Below the pieces are notes generated by a model. The model ran no database searches. It was given only the letters and a program-made list of their open reading frames with translations, and was not told where the DNA came from. From Auanema rhodensis (Eukaryota; Animalia; Nematoda), in the NCBI GenBank assembly GCA_964057225.1, contig OZ059898.1, positions 16,616,001 through 16,680,000 on the forward strand: DNA of 64,000 nucleotides, in the 5' to 3' direction. Each line of letters begins with the position of its first letter. The stretch's first letter is position 1. This document shows positions 44,070-57,400 of the stretch, piece by piece. A program made the translations under genes and the position numbers.

Positions 44070-46904
44070 GTGCACATCACGTGTACATTTAATTAGCATA
44101 AATTAAAGTTCACGTAAATTTCAAAGTCATGGTTACCATGAACCAATATCAATAAAAATTTGTTTTTAGACTAATATGGACATGGGGAATCTAATTTTGA
44201 AAACCGCATCTCTATATCTTTCACGTGAAGCGAGTTACATACCAAGTGCACATCACGTGTACATTTAATTAGCATAAATTAAAGTTCACGTAAATTACAA
44301 AGTCATGGTTACCATGAACCAATATCAATAAAAATTTGTTTTAAGACTAATATGGACATGAGGAATCTAATTTTGAAAACCGCATCTCTTTATCTTTCAC
44401 GTGAAGCGAGTTACATACCAAGTGCACATCACGTAAACATTTAATTAGCATAAATTAAAGTTCACGTAAATTTCAAAGTCATGGTTACCATGAACCAATA
44501 TCAATAAAAATTTGTTTTTAGACTAATATGGACATGGGGAATCTAGTTTTGAAAACCGCATCTCTTTATCTTTCACGTGAAGCGAGTTACATACCAAGTG
44601 CACATCACGTGTACATTTAATTAGCATAAATTAAAGTTCACGTAAATTTCAAAGTCATGGTTACCAAGAACCAATATCAATAAAAATTTGTTTTTAGACT
44701 AATATGGACATGGGGAATCTAATTTTGAAAACTGCATCTCTTTATCTTTCACGTGAAGCGAGTTACATACCAAGTGCACATCACGTGTACATTTAATTAG
44801 CATAAATTAAAGTTCACGTAAATTTCAAAGTCATGGTTACCATGAACCAATATCAATAAAAATTTGTTTTTAGACTAATATGGACATGGGGAATCTAATT
44901 TTGAAAACCACATCTCTATATCTTTCACGTGAAGCGAGTTACATACCAAGTGCACATCACGTGTACATTTAATTAGCATAAATTAAAGTTCACGTAAATT
45001 ACAAAGTCATGGTTACCATGAACCAATATCAATAAAAATTTGTTTTAAGACTAATATGGACATGAGGAATCTAATTTTGAAAACCGCATCTCTTTATCTT
45101 TCACGTGAAGCGAGTTACATACCAAGTGCACATCACGTAAACATTTAATTAGCATAAATTAAAGTTCACGTAAATTTCAAAGTCATGGTTACCATGAACC
45201 AATATCAATAAAAATTTGTTTTTAGACTAATATGGACATGGGGAATCTAGTTTTGAAAACCGCATCTCTTTATCTTTCACGTGAAGCGAGTTACATACCA
45301 AGTGCACATCACGTGTACATTTAATTAGCATAAATTGAAGTTCACGTAAATTTCAAAGTCATGGTTACCATTAACCAATATCAATGAAAATTTGTTTTTA
45401 GACTAATATGGACATGGGGAATCTAATTTTGAAAACCGCATCTTTTTATCTTTCACGTTAAGCGAGTTACATACCAAGTGCACATCACGTAAACATTTAA
45501 TTAGCATAAATTAAAGTTCACGTAAATTTCAAAGTCATGGTTACCATGCACCAATATCAATAAAAATTTGTTTTTAGACTAATATGGACATGGGGAATCT
45601 AATTTTGAAAACCGCATCTCTTTATCTTTCACGTGAAGCGAGTTACATACCAAGTGCACATCACGTGTACATTTAATTAGCATAAATTAAAGTTCACGTA
45701 AATTTCAAAGTCATGGTTACCATGAACCAATATCAATAAAAATTTGTTTTTAGACTAATATGGACATGGGGAATCTAATTTTGAAAACTGCATCTCTTTA
45801 TCTTTCACGTGAAGCGAGTTACATACCAAGTGCACATCACGTGTACATTTAATTAGCATAAATTAAAGTTCACGTAAATTTCAAAGTCATGGTTACCATG
45901 CACCAATATCAATAAAAATTTGTTTTTAGACTAATATGGACATGGGGAATCTAATTTTGAAAACCGCATCTCTTTATCTTTCACGTGAAGCGAGTTACAT
46001 ACCAAGTGCACATCACGTGTACATTTAATTAGCATAAATTAAAGTTCACGTAAATTACAAAGTCATGGTTACCATGAACCAATATCAATAAAAATTTGTT
46101 TTTAGACTAATATGGACATGGGGAATCTAATTTTGAAAACCGCATCTCTTTATCTTTCACGTGAAGCGAGTTACATACCAAGTGCACATCACGTGTACAT
46201 TTAATTAGCATAAATTAAAGTTCACGTAAATTTCAAAGTCATGGTTACCATGAACCAATATCAATAAAAATTTGTTTTTAGACTAATATGGACATGGGGA
46301 ATCTAATTTTGAAAACCGCATCTCTATATCTTTCACGTGAAGCGAGTTACATACCAAGTGCACATCACGTGTACATTTAATTAGCATAAATTAAAGTTCA
46401 CTTAAATTACAAAGTCATGGTTACCATGAACCAATATCAATAAAAATTTGTTTTAAGACTAATATGGACATGAGGAATCTAATTTTGAAAACCGCATCTC
46501 TTTATCTTTCACGTGAAGCGAGTTACATACCAAGTGCACATCACGTAAACATTTAATTAGCATAAATTAAAGTTCACGTAAATTTCAAAGTCATGGTTAC
46601 CATGAACCAATATCAATAAAAATTTGTTTTTAGACTAATATGGACATGGGGAATCTAGTTTTGAAAACCGCATCTCTTTATCTTTCACGTGAAGCGAGTT
46701 ACATACCAAGTGCACATCACGTGTACATTTAATTAGCATAAATTGAAGTTCACGTAAATTTCAAAGTCATGGTTACCATTAACCAATATCAATGAAAATT
46801 TGTTTTTAGACTAATATGGACATGGGGAATCTAATTTTGAAAACCGCATCTTTTTATCTTTCACGTGAAGCGAGTTACATACCAAGTGCACATCACGTAA
46901 ACAT

Positions 46905-49900
46905 TTAATTAGCATAAATTAAAGTTCACGTAAATTTCAAAGTCATGGTTACCATGCACCAATATCAATAAAAATTTGTTTTTAGACTAATATGGACATG
47001 GGGAATCTAATTTTGAAAACCGCATCTCTTTATCTTTCACGTGAAGCGAGTTACATACCAAGTGCACATCACGTGTACATTTAATTAGCATAAATTAAAG
47101 TTCACGTAAATTTCAAAGTCATGGTTACCATGAACCAATATCAATAAAAATTAGTTTTTAGACTAGGATGGACATGGGGAATCTAATTTTGAAAACCGCA
47201 TCTCTTTATCTTTCACGTGAAGCGAGTTACATACCAAGTGCACATCACGTGTACATTTAATTAGCATAAATTAAAGTTCACGTAAATTTCAAAGTCATGG
47301 TTACCATGAACCAATATCAATAAAAATTTGTTTTTAGACTAATATGGACATGGGGAATCTAATTTTGAAAACCGCATCTCTTTATCTTTCACGTGAAGCG
47401 AGTTACATACCAAGTGCACATCACGTGTACATTTAATTAGCATAAATTAAAGTTCACGTAAATTTCAAAGTCATGTTTACCATGAACCAATATCAATAAA
47501 AATTTGTTTTTAGACTAGGATGGACATGGGGAATCTAATTTTGAAAACCGCATCTCTTTATCTTTCACGTGAAGCGAGTTACATACCAAGTGCACATCAC
47601 GTGTACATTTAATTAGCATAAATTAAAGTTCACGTAAATTTCAAAGTCATGGTTACCATGCACCAATATCAATAAAAATTTGTTTTTAGACTAATATGGA
47701 CATGGGGAATCTAATTTTGAAAACCGCATCTCTTTATCTTTCACGTGAAGCGAGTTACATACCAAGTGCACATCACGTGTACATTTAATTAGCATAAATT
47801 AAAGTTCACGTAAATTTCAAAGTCATGGTTACCATGAACCAATATCAATAAGAATTTGTTTTTAAACTAATATGGACATGGGGAATCTAATTTTGAAAAC
47901 CGCATCTCTTTATCTTTCACGTGAAGCGAGTTACATACCAAGTGCACATCACGTGTACATTTAATTAGCATAAATTAAAGTTCACGTAAATTTCAAAGTC
48001 ATGGTTACCATGAACCAATATCAATAAAAATTTGTTTTTAGACTAGGATGGACATGGGGAATCTAATTTTGAAAACCGCATCTCTTTATCTTTCACGTGA
48101 AGCGAGTTACATACCAAGTGCACATCACGTGTACATTTAATTAGCATAAATTAAAGTTCACGTAAATTTCAAAGTCATGGTTACCATGAACCAATATCAA
48201 TAAAAATTTGTTTTTAGACTAATATGGACATGGGGAATCTAATTTTGAAAACCGCATCTCTTTATCTTTCACGTGAAGCGAGTTACATACCAAGTGCACA
48301 TCACGTGTACATTTAATTAGCATAAATTAAAGTTCACGTAAATTTCAAAGTCATGGTTACCATGAACCAATATCAATAAAAATTTGTTTTTAAACTAATA
48401 TGGACATGGGGAATCTAATTTTGAAAACCGCATCTCTTTATCTTTCACGTGAAGCGAGTTACATACCAAGTGCACATCACGTGTACATTTAATTAGCATA
48501 AATTAAAGTTCACGTAAATTTCAAAGTCATGGTTACCATGAACCAATATCAATAAAAATTTGTTTTTAGACTAATATGGACATGGGGAATCTAATTTTGA
48601 AAACCGCATCTCTTTATCTTTCACGTGAAGCGAGTTACATACCAAGTGCACATCACGTGTACATTTAATTAGCATAAATTAAAGTTCACGTAAATTTCAA
48701 AGTCATGGTTACCATGAACCAATATCAATAAAAATTTGTTTTTAGACTAATATGGACATGGGGAATCTAATTTTGAAAACCGCATCTCTTTATCTTTCAC
48801 GTGAAGCGAGTTACATACCAAGTGCACATCACGTGTACATTTAATTAGCATAAATTAAAGTTCACGTAAATTTCAAAGACATGGTTACCATGAACCAATA
48901 TCAATAAAAATTTGTTTTTAGACTAGGATGGACATGGGGAATCTAATTTTGAAAACCGCATCTCTTTATCTTTCACGTGAAGCGAGTTACATACCAAGTG
49001 CACATCACGTGTACACTTAATTAGCATAAATTAAAGTACACGTAAATTTAAAAGTCATGGTTGCCATGCACCAATATCAATAAAAATTTGTTTTTAGACT
49101 AATATGGACATGCGAAATCTAATTTTGAAAACCGCATCTCTTTATCTTTGACGTGAAGCGAGTTACATACCAAGTGCACATCATGTGTACACTTAATTAG
49201 CATAAATTGAAGTACACGTAAATTTAAAAGTCATGGTTGCCATGCACCAATACCAATAAAAATTTGTTTTTAGACTAATATGGACATGAGGAATCTAATT
49301 TTGAAAACCGCATCTCTTTATCTTTCACGTGAAGCGAGTTACATACCAAGTGCACATCACGAGTACACTTAATTAGCATAAATTAAAGTTCACGTAAATT
49401 TCAAAGTCATGGTTACCATGCACCAATATCAATAAAAATTTGTTTTTAGACTAATATGGACATGGGGAATCTAATTTTGAAAACCGCATCTCTTTATCTT
49501 TCACGTGAAGCGAGTTACATACCAAGTGCACATCACGTGTACATTTAATTAGCATAAATTAAAGTTCACGTAAATTTCAAAGTCATGGTTACCATGAACC
49601 AATATCAATAAAAATTAGTTTTTAGACTAGGATGGACATGGGGAATCTAATTTTGAAAACCGCATCTCTTTATCTTTCACGTGAAGCGAGTTACATACCA
49701 AGTGCACATCACGTGTACATTTAATTAGCATAAATTAAAGTTCACGTAAATTTCAAAGTCATGGTTACCATGAACCAATATCAATAAAAATTTGTTTTTA
49801 GACTAATATGGACATGGGGAATCTAATTTTGAAAACCGCATCTCTTTATCTTTCACGTGAAGCGAGTTACATACCAAGTGCACATCACGTGTACATTTAA

Positions 49901-51384
49901 TTAGCATAAATTAAAGTTCACGTAAATTTCAAAGTCATGTTTACCATGAACCAATATCAATAAAAATTTGTTTTTAGACTAGGATGGACATGGGGAATCT
50001 AATTTTGAAAACCGCATCTCTTTATCTTTCACGTGAAGCGAGTTACATACCAAGTGCACATCACGTGTACATTTAATTAGCATAAATTAAAGTTCACGTA
50101 AATTTCAAAGTCATGGTTACCATGCACCAATATCAATAAAAATTTGTTTTTAGACTAATATGGACATGGGGAATCTAATTTTGAAAACCGCATCTCTTTA
50201 TCTTTCACGTGAAGCGAGTTACATACCAAGTGCACATCACGTGTACATTTAATTAGCATAAATTAAAGTTCACGTAAATTTCAAAGTCATGGTTACCATG
50301 AACCAATATCAATAAGAATTTGTTTTTAAACTAATATGGACATGGGGAATCTAATTTTGAAAACCGCATCTCTTTATCTTTCACGTGAAGCGAGTTACAT
50401 ACCAAGTGCACATCACGTGTACATTTAATTAGCATAAATTAAAGTTCACGTAAATTTCAAAGTCATGGTTACCATGAACCAATATCAATAAAAATTTGTT
50501 TTTAGACTAGGATGGACATGGGGAATCTAATTTTGAAAACCGCATCTCTTTATCTTTCACGTGAAGCGAGTTACATACCAAGTGCACATCACGTGTACAT
50601 TTAATTAGCATAAATTAAAGTTCACGTAAATTTCAAAGTCATGGTTACCATGAACCAATATCAATAAAAATTTGTTTTTAGACTAATATGGACATGGGGA
50701 ATCTAATTTTGAAAACCGCATCTCTTTATCTTTCACGTGAAGCGAGTTACATACCAAGTGCACATCACGTGTACATTTAATTAGCATAAATTAAAGTTCA
50801 CGTAAATTTCAAAGTCATGGTTACCATGAACCAATATCAATAAAAATTTGTTTTTAAACTAATATGGACATGGGGAATCTAATTTTGAAAACCGCATCTC
50901 TTTATCTTTCACGTGAAGCGAGTTACATACCAAGTGCACATCACGTGTACATTTAATTAGCATAAATTAAAGTTCACGTAAATTTCAAAGTCATGGTTAC
51001 CATGAACCAATATCAATAAAAATTTGTTTTTAGACTAATATGGACATGGGGAATCTAATTTTGAAAACCGCATCTCTTTATCTTTCACGTGAAGCGAGTT
51101 ACATACCAAGTGCACATCACGTGTACATTTAATTAGCATAAATTAAAGTTCACGTAAATTTCAAAGTCATGGTTACCATGAACCAATATCAATAAAAATT
51201 TGTTTTTAGACTAATATGGACATGGGGAATCTAATTTTGAAAACCGCATCTCTTTATCTTTCACGTGAAGCGAGTTACATACCAAGTGCACATCACGTGT
51301 ACATTTAATTAGCATAAATTAAAGTTCACGTAAATTTCAAAGACATGGTTACCATGAACCAATATCAATAAAAATTTGTTTTTA
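46905..51384. repeat. ~2.0-kb direct duplication (~46905-48920 = ~49369-51384, offset 2464) flanking a divergent island
   Basis: Shared order: A72C; ATTAGTT+CTAGGA; consensus; CATGTTT+CTAGGA; A72C; AATAAGA+G100A; CTAGGA; consensus; G100A; consensus; consensus; T58A. Confidence 0.9.
48998..49370. repeat. Divergent satellite sub-family island (~2.1 monomers)
   Basis: The two monomers carry 8 and 9 substitutions, plus 2 more at the start of a third. Both share T19C, T41A, C53A, A66G and A72C. Confidence 0.93.
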
Positions 51385-51461
51385 GACTAATATGGACATG
51401 GGGAATCTAATTTTGAAAACCGTATCTCTTTATCTTTCACGTGAAGCGAGTTACATACCAA

Positions 51462-54400
51462 GTACACATCACGTGTACATTTAATTAGCATAAATTAAAG
51501 TTCACGTAAATTTCAAAGTCATGGTTACCATGCACCAATATCAATAAAAATTTGTTTTTAGACTAATATGGACATGGGGAATCTAATTTTGAAAACCGCA
51601 TCTCTTTATCTTTCACGTGAAGCGAGTTACATACCAAGTGCACATCACGTGTACATTTAATTAGCATAAATTAAAGTTCACGTAAATTTCAAAGTCATGG
51701 TTACCATGAACCAATATCAATAAAAATTTGTTTTTAGACTAATATGGACATGGGGAATCTAATTTTGAAAACCGCATCTCTTTATCTTTCACGTGAAGCG
51801 AGTTACATACCAAGTGCACATCACGTGTACATTTAATTAGCATAAATTAAAGTTCACGTAAATTTCAAAGTCATGGTTACCATGAACCAATATCAACAAA
51901 AATTTGTTTTGAGACTAATATGGACATGGGGAATCTAATTTTGAAAACCGCATCTCTTTATCTTTCACGTGAAGCGAATTACATACCAAGTGCACATCAC
52001 GTTTACATTTAATTAGCATAAATTAAAGTTCACGTAAATTTCAAAGTCATGGTTACCATGAACCAATATCAATAAAAATTTGTTTTTAGACTAATATGGA
52101 CATGGGGAATCTAATTTTGAAAACCGCATCTCTTTATCTTTCACGTGAAGCGAGTTACATACCAAGTGCACATCACGTTTACATTTAATTAGCATAAATT
52201 AAAGTTCACGTAAATTTCAAAGTCATGGTTACCATGAACCAATATCAACAAAAATTTGTTTTGAGACTAATATGGACATGGGGAATCTAATTTTGAAAAC
52301 CGCATCTCTTTATCTTTCACGTGAAGCGAATTACATACCAAGTGCACATCACGTTTACATTTAATTAGCATAAATTAAAGTTCACGTAAATTTCAAAGTC
52401 ATGGTTACCATGAACCAATATCAATAAAAATTTGTTTTTAGACTAATATGGACATGGGGAATCTAATTTTGAAAACCGCATCTCTTTATCTTTCACGTGA
52501 AGCGAGTTACATACCAAGTGCACATCACGTTTACATTTAATTAGCATAAATTAAAGTTCACGTAAATTTCAAAGTCATGGTTACCATGAACCAATATCAA
52601 TAAAAATTTGTTTTTAGACTAATATGGACATGGGGAATCTAATTTTGAAAACCGCATCTCTTGATCTTTCACGTGAAGCGAGTTACATACCAAGTGCACA
52701 TCACGTGTACATTTAATTAGCATAAATTAAAGTTCACGTAAATTTCAAAGACATGGTTACCATGAACCAATATCAATAAAAATTTGTTTTTAGACTAGGA
52801 TGGACATGGGGAATCTAATTTTGAAAACCGCATCTCTTTATCTTTCACGTGAAGCGAGTTACATACCAAGTGCACATCACGTGTACATTTAATTAGCATA
52901 AATTAAAGTTCACGTAAATTTCAAAGTCATGGTTACCATGCACCAATATCAATAAAAATTTGTTTTTAGACTAATATGGACATGGGGAATCTAATTTTGA
53001 AAACCGCATCTCTTTATCTTTCACGTGAAGCGAGTTACATACCAAGTGCACATCACGTGTACATTTAATTAGCATAAATTAAAGTTCACGTAAATTTCAA
53101 AGTCATGGTTACCATGAACCAATATCAATAAGAATTTGTTTTTAAACTAATATGGACATGGGGAATCTAATTTTGAAAACCGCATCTCTTTATCTTTCAC
53201 GTGAAGCGAGTTACATACCAAGTGCACATCACGTGTACATTTAATTAGCATAAATTAAAGTTCACGTAAATTTCAAAGTCATGGTTACCATGAACCAATA
53301 TCAATAAAAATTTGTTTTTAGACTAGGATGGACATGGGGAATCTAATTTTGAAAACCGCATCTCTTTATCTTTCACGTGAAGCGAGTTACATACCAAGTG
53401 CACATCACGTGTACATTTAATTAGCATAAATTAAAGTTCACGTAAATTTCAAAGTCATGGTTACCATGAACCAATATCAATAAAAATTTGTTTTTAGACT
53501 AATATGGACATGGGGAATCTAATTTTGAAAACCGCATCTCTTTATCTTTCACGTGAAGCGAGTTACATACCAAGTGCACATCACGTGTACATTTAATTAG
53601 CATAAATTAAAGTTCACGTAAATTTCAAAGTCATGTTTACCATGAACCAATATCAATAAAAATTTGTTTTTAGACTAGGATGGACATGGGGAATCTAATT
53701 TTGAAAACCGCATCTCTTTATCTTTCACGTGAAGCGAGTTACATACCAAGTGCACATCACGTGTACATTTAATTAGCATAAATTAAAGTTCACGTAAATT
53801 TCAAAGTCATGGTTACCATGAACCAATATCAATAAAAATTTGTTTTTAAACTAATATGGACATGGGGAATCTAATTTTGAAAACCGCATCTCTTTATCTT
53901 TCACGTGAAGCGAGTTACATACCAAGTGCACATCACGTGTACATTTAATTAGCATAAATTAAAGTTCACGTAAATTTCAAAGTCATGGTTACCATGAACC
54001 AATATCAATAAAAATTTGTTTTTAGACTAATATGGACATGGGGAATCTAATTTTGAAAACCGCATCTCTTTATCTTTCACGTGAAGCGAGTTACATACCA
54101 AGTGCACATCACGTGTACATTTAATTAGCATAAATTAAAGTTCACGTAAATTTCAAAGTCATGGTTACCATGAACCAATATCAATAAAAATTTGTTTTTA
54201 GACTAATATGGACATGGGGAATCTAATTTCGAAAACCGCATCTCTTTATCTTTCACGTGAAGCGAGTTACATACCAAGTGCACATCACGTGTACATTTAA
54301 TTAGCATAAATTAAAGTTCACGTAAATTTCAAAGTCATGGTTACCATGAACCAATATCAATAAAAATTTGTTTTTAGACTAATATGGACATGGGGAATCT

Positions 54401-57400
54401 AATTTTGAAAACCGCATCTCTTTATCTTTCACGTGAAGCGAGTTACATACCAAGTGCACATCACGTGTACATTTAATTAGCATAAATTAAAGTTCACGTA
54501 AATTTCAAAGTCATGGTTACCATGAACCAATATCAATAAAAATTTGTTTTTAAACTAATATGGACATGGGGAATCTAATTTTGAAAACCGCATCTCTTTA
54601 TCTTTCACGTGAAGCGAGTTACATACCAAGTGCACATCACGTGTACATTTAATTAGCATAAATTAAAGTTCACGTAAATTTCAAAGTCATGGTTACCATG
54701 AACCAATATCAATAAAAATTTGTTTTTAGACTAATATGGACATGGGGAATCTAATTTTGAAAACCGCATCTCTTTATCTTTCACGTGAAGCGAGTTACAT
54801 ACCAAGTGCACATCACGTGTACATTTAATTAGCATAAATTAAAGTTCACGTAAATTTCAAAGTCATGGTTACCATGAACCAATATCAATAAAAATTTGTT
54901 TTTAGACTAATATGGACATGGGGAATCTAATTTTGAAAACCGCATCTCTTTATCTTTCACGTGAAGCGAGTTACATACCAAGTGCACATCACGTGTACAT
55001 TTAATTAGCATAAATTAAAGTTCACGTAAATTTCAAAGACATGGTTACCATGAACCAATATCAATAAAAATTTGTTTTTAGACTAATATGGACATGGGGA
55101 ATCTAATTTTGAAAACCGTATCTCTTTATCTTTCACGTGAAGCGAGTTACATACCAAGTACACATCACGTGTACATTTAATTAGCATAAATTAAAGTTCA
55201 CGTAAATTTCAAAGTCATGGTTACCATGAACCAATATCAATAAAAATTTGTTTTTAGACTAATATGGACATGGGGAATCTAATTTTGAAAACCGCATCTC
55301 TTTATCTTTCACGTGAAGCGAGTTACATACCAAGTGCACATCACGTGTACATTTAATTAGCATAAATTAAAGTTCACGTAAATTTCAAAGACATGGTTAC
55401 CATGAACCAATATCAATAAAAATTTGTTTTTAGACTAATATGGACATGGGGAATCTAATTTTGAAAACCGTATCTCTTTATCTTTCACGTGAAGCGAGTT
55501 ACATACCAAGTACACATCACGTGTACATTTAATTAGCATAAATTAAAGTTCACGTAAATTTCAAAGTCATGGTTACCATGCACCAATATCAATAAAAATT
55601 TGTTTTTAGACTAATATGGACATGGGGAATCTAATTTTGAAAACCGCATCTCTTTATCTTTCACGTGAAGCGAGTTACATACCAAGTGCACATCACGTGT
55701 ACATTTAATTAGCATAAATTAAAGTTCACGTAAATTTCAAAGTCATGGTTACCATGAACCAATATCAATAAAAATTTGTTTTTAGACTAATATGGACATG
55801 GGGAATCTAATTTTGAAAACCGCATCTCTTTATCTTTCACGTGAAGCGAGTTACATACCAAGTGCACATCACGTGTACATTTAATTAGCATAAATTAAAG
55901 TTCACGTAAATTTCAAAGTCATGGTTACCATGAACCAATATCAACAAAAATTTGTTTTGAGACTAATATGGACATGGGGAATCTAATTTTGAAAACCGCA
56001 TCTCTTTATCTTTCACGTGAAGCGAATTACATACCAAGTGCACATCACGTTTACATTTAATTAGCAAAAATTAAAGTTCACGTAAATTTCAAAGTCATGG
56101 TTACCATGAACCAATATCAATAAAAATTTGTTTTTAGACTAATATGGACATGGGGAATCTAATTTTGAAAACCGCATCTCTTTATCTTTCACGTGAAGCG
56201 AGTTACATACCAAGTGCACATCACGTTTACATTTAATTAGCATAAATTAAAGTTCACGTAAATTTCAAAGTCATGGTTACCATGAACCAATATCAATAAA
56301 AATTTGTTTTTAGACTAATATGGACATGGGGAATCTAATTTTGAAAACCGCATCTCTTGATCTTTCACGTGAAGCGAGTTACATACCAAGTGCACATCAC
56401 GTGTACATTTAATTAGCATAAATTAAAGTTCACGTAAATTACAAAGTCATGGTTACCATGAACCAATATCAATAAAAATTTGTTTTTAGACTAATATGGA
56501 CATGGGGAATCTAATTTTGAAAACCGCATCTCTTTATCTTTCACGTGAAGCGAGTTACATACCAAGTGCACATCACGTGTACATTTAATTAGCATAAATT
56601 AAAGTTCACGTAAATTTCAAAGTCATGGTTACCATGAACCAATATCAACAAAAATTTGTTTTGAGACTAATATGGACATGGGGAATCTAATTTTGAAAAC
56701 CGCATCTCTTTATCTTTCACGTGAAGCGAATTACATACCAAGTGCACATCACGTTTACATTTAATTAGCATAAATTAAAGTTCACGTAAATTTCAAAGTC
56801 ATGGTTACCATGAACCAATATCAATAAAAATTTGTTTTTAGACTAATATGGACATGGGGAATCTAATTTTGAAAACCGCATCTCTTTATCTTTCACGTGA
56901 AGCGAGTTACATACCAAGTGCACATCACGTTTACATTTAATTAGCATAAATTAAAGTTCACGTAAATTTCAAAGTCATGGTTACCATGAACCAATATCAA
57001 TAAAAATTTGTTTTTAGAATAATATGGACATGGGGAATCTAATTTTGAAAACCGCATCTCTTGATCTTTCACGTGAAGCGAGTTACATACCAAGTGCACA
57101 TCACGTGTACATTTAATTAGCATAAATTAAAGTTCACGTAAATTACAAAGTCATGGTTACCATGAACCAATATCAATAAAAATTTGTTTTTAGACTAATA
57201 TGGACATGGGGAATCTAATTTTGAAAACCGCATCTCTTTATCTTTCACGTGAAGCGAGTTACATACCAAGTGCACATCACGTGTACAATTAATTAGCATA
57301 AATTAAAGTTCACGTAAATTACAAAGTCATGGTTACCATGAACCAATATCAATAAAAATTTGTTTTTAGACTAATATGGACATGGGGAATCTAATTTTGA

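Noticed and set aside
56941-57123. Third 60-aa ORF
   Set aside because: Same artefact, produced by C102A.
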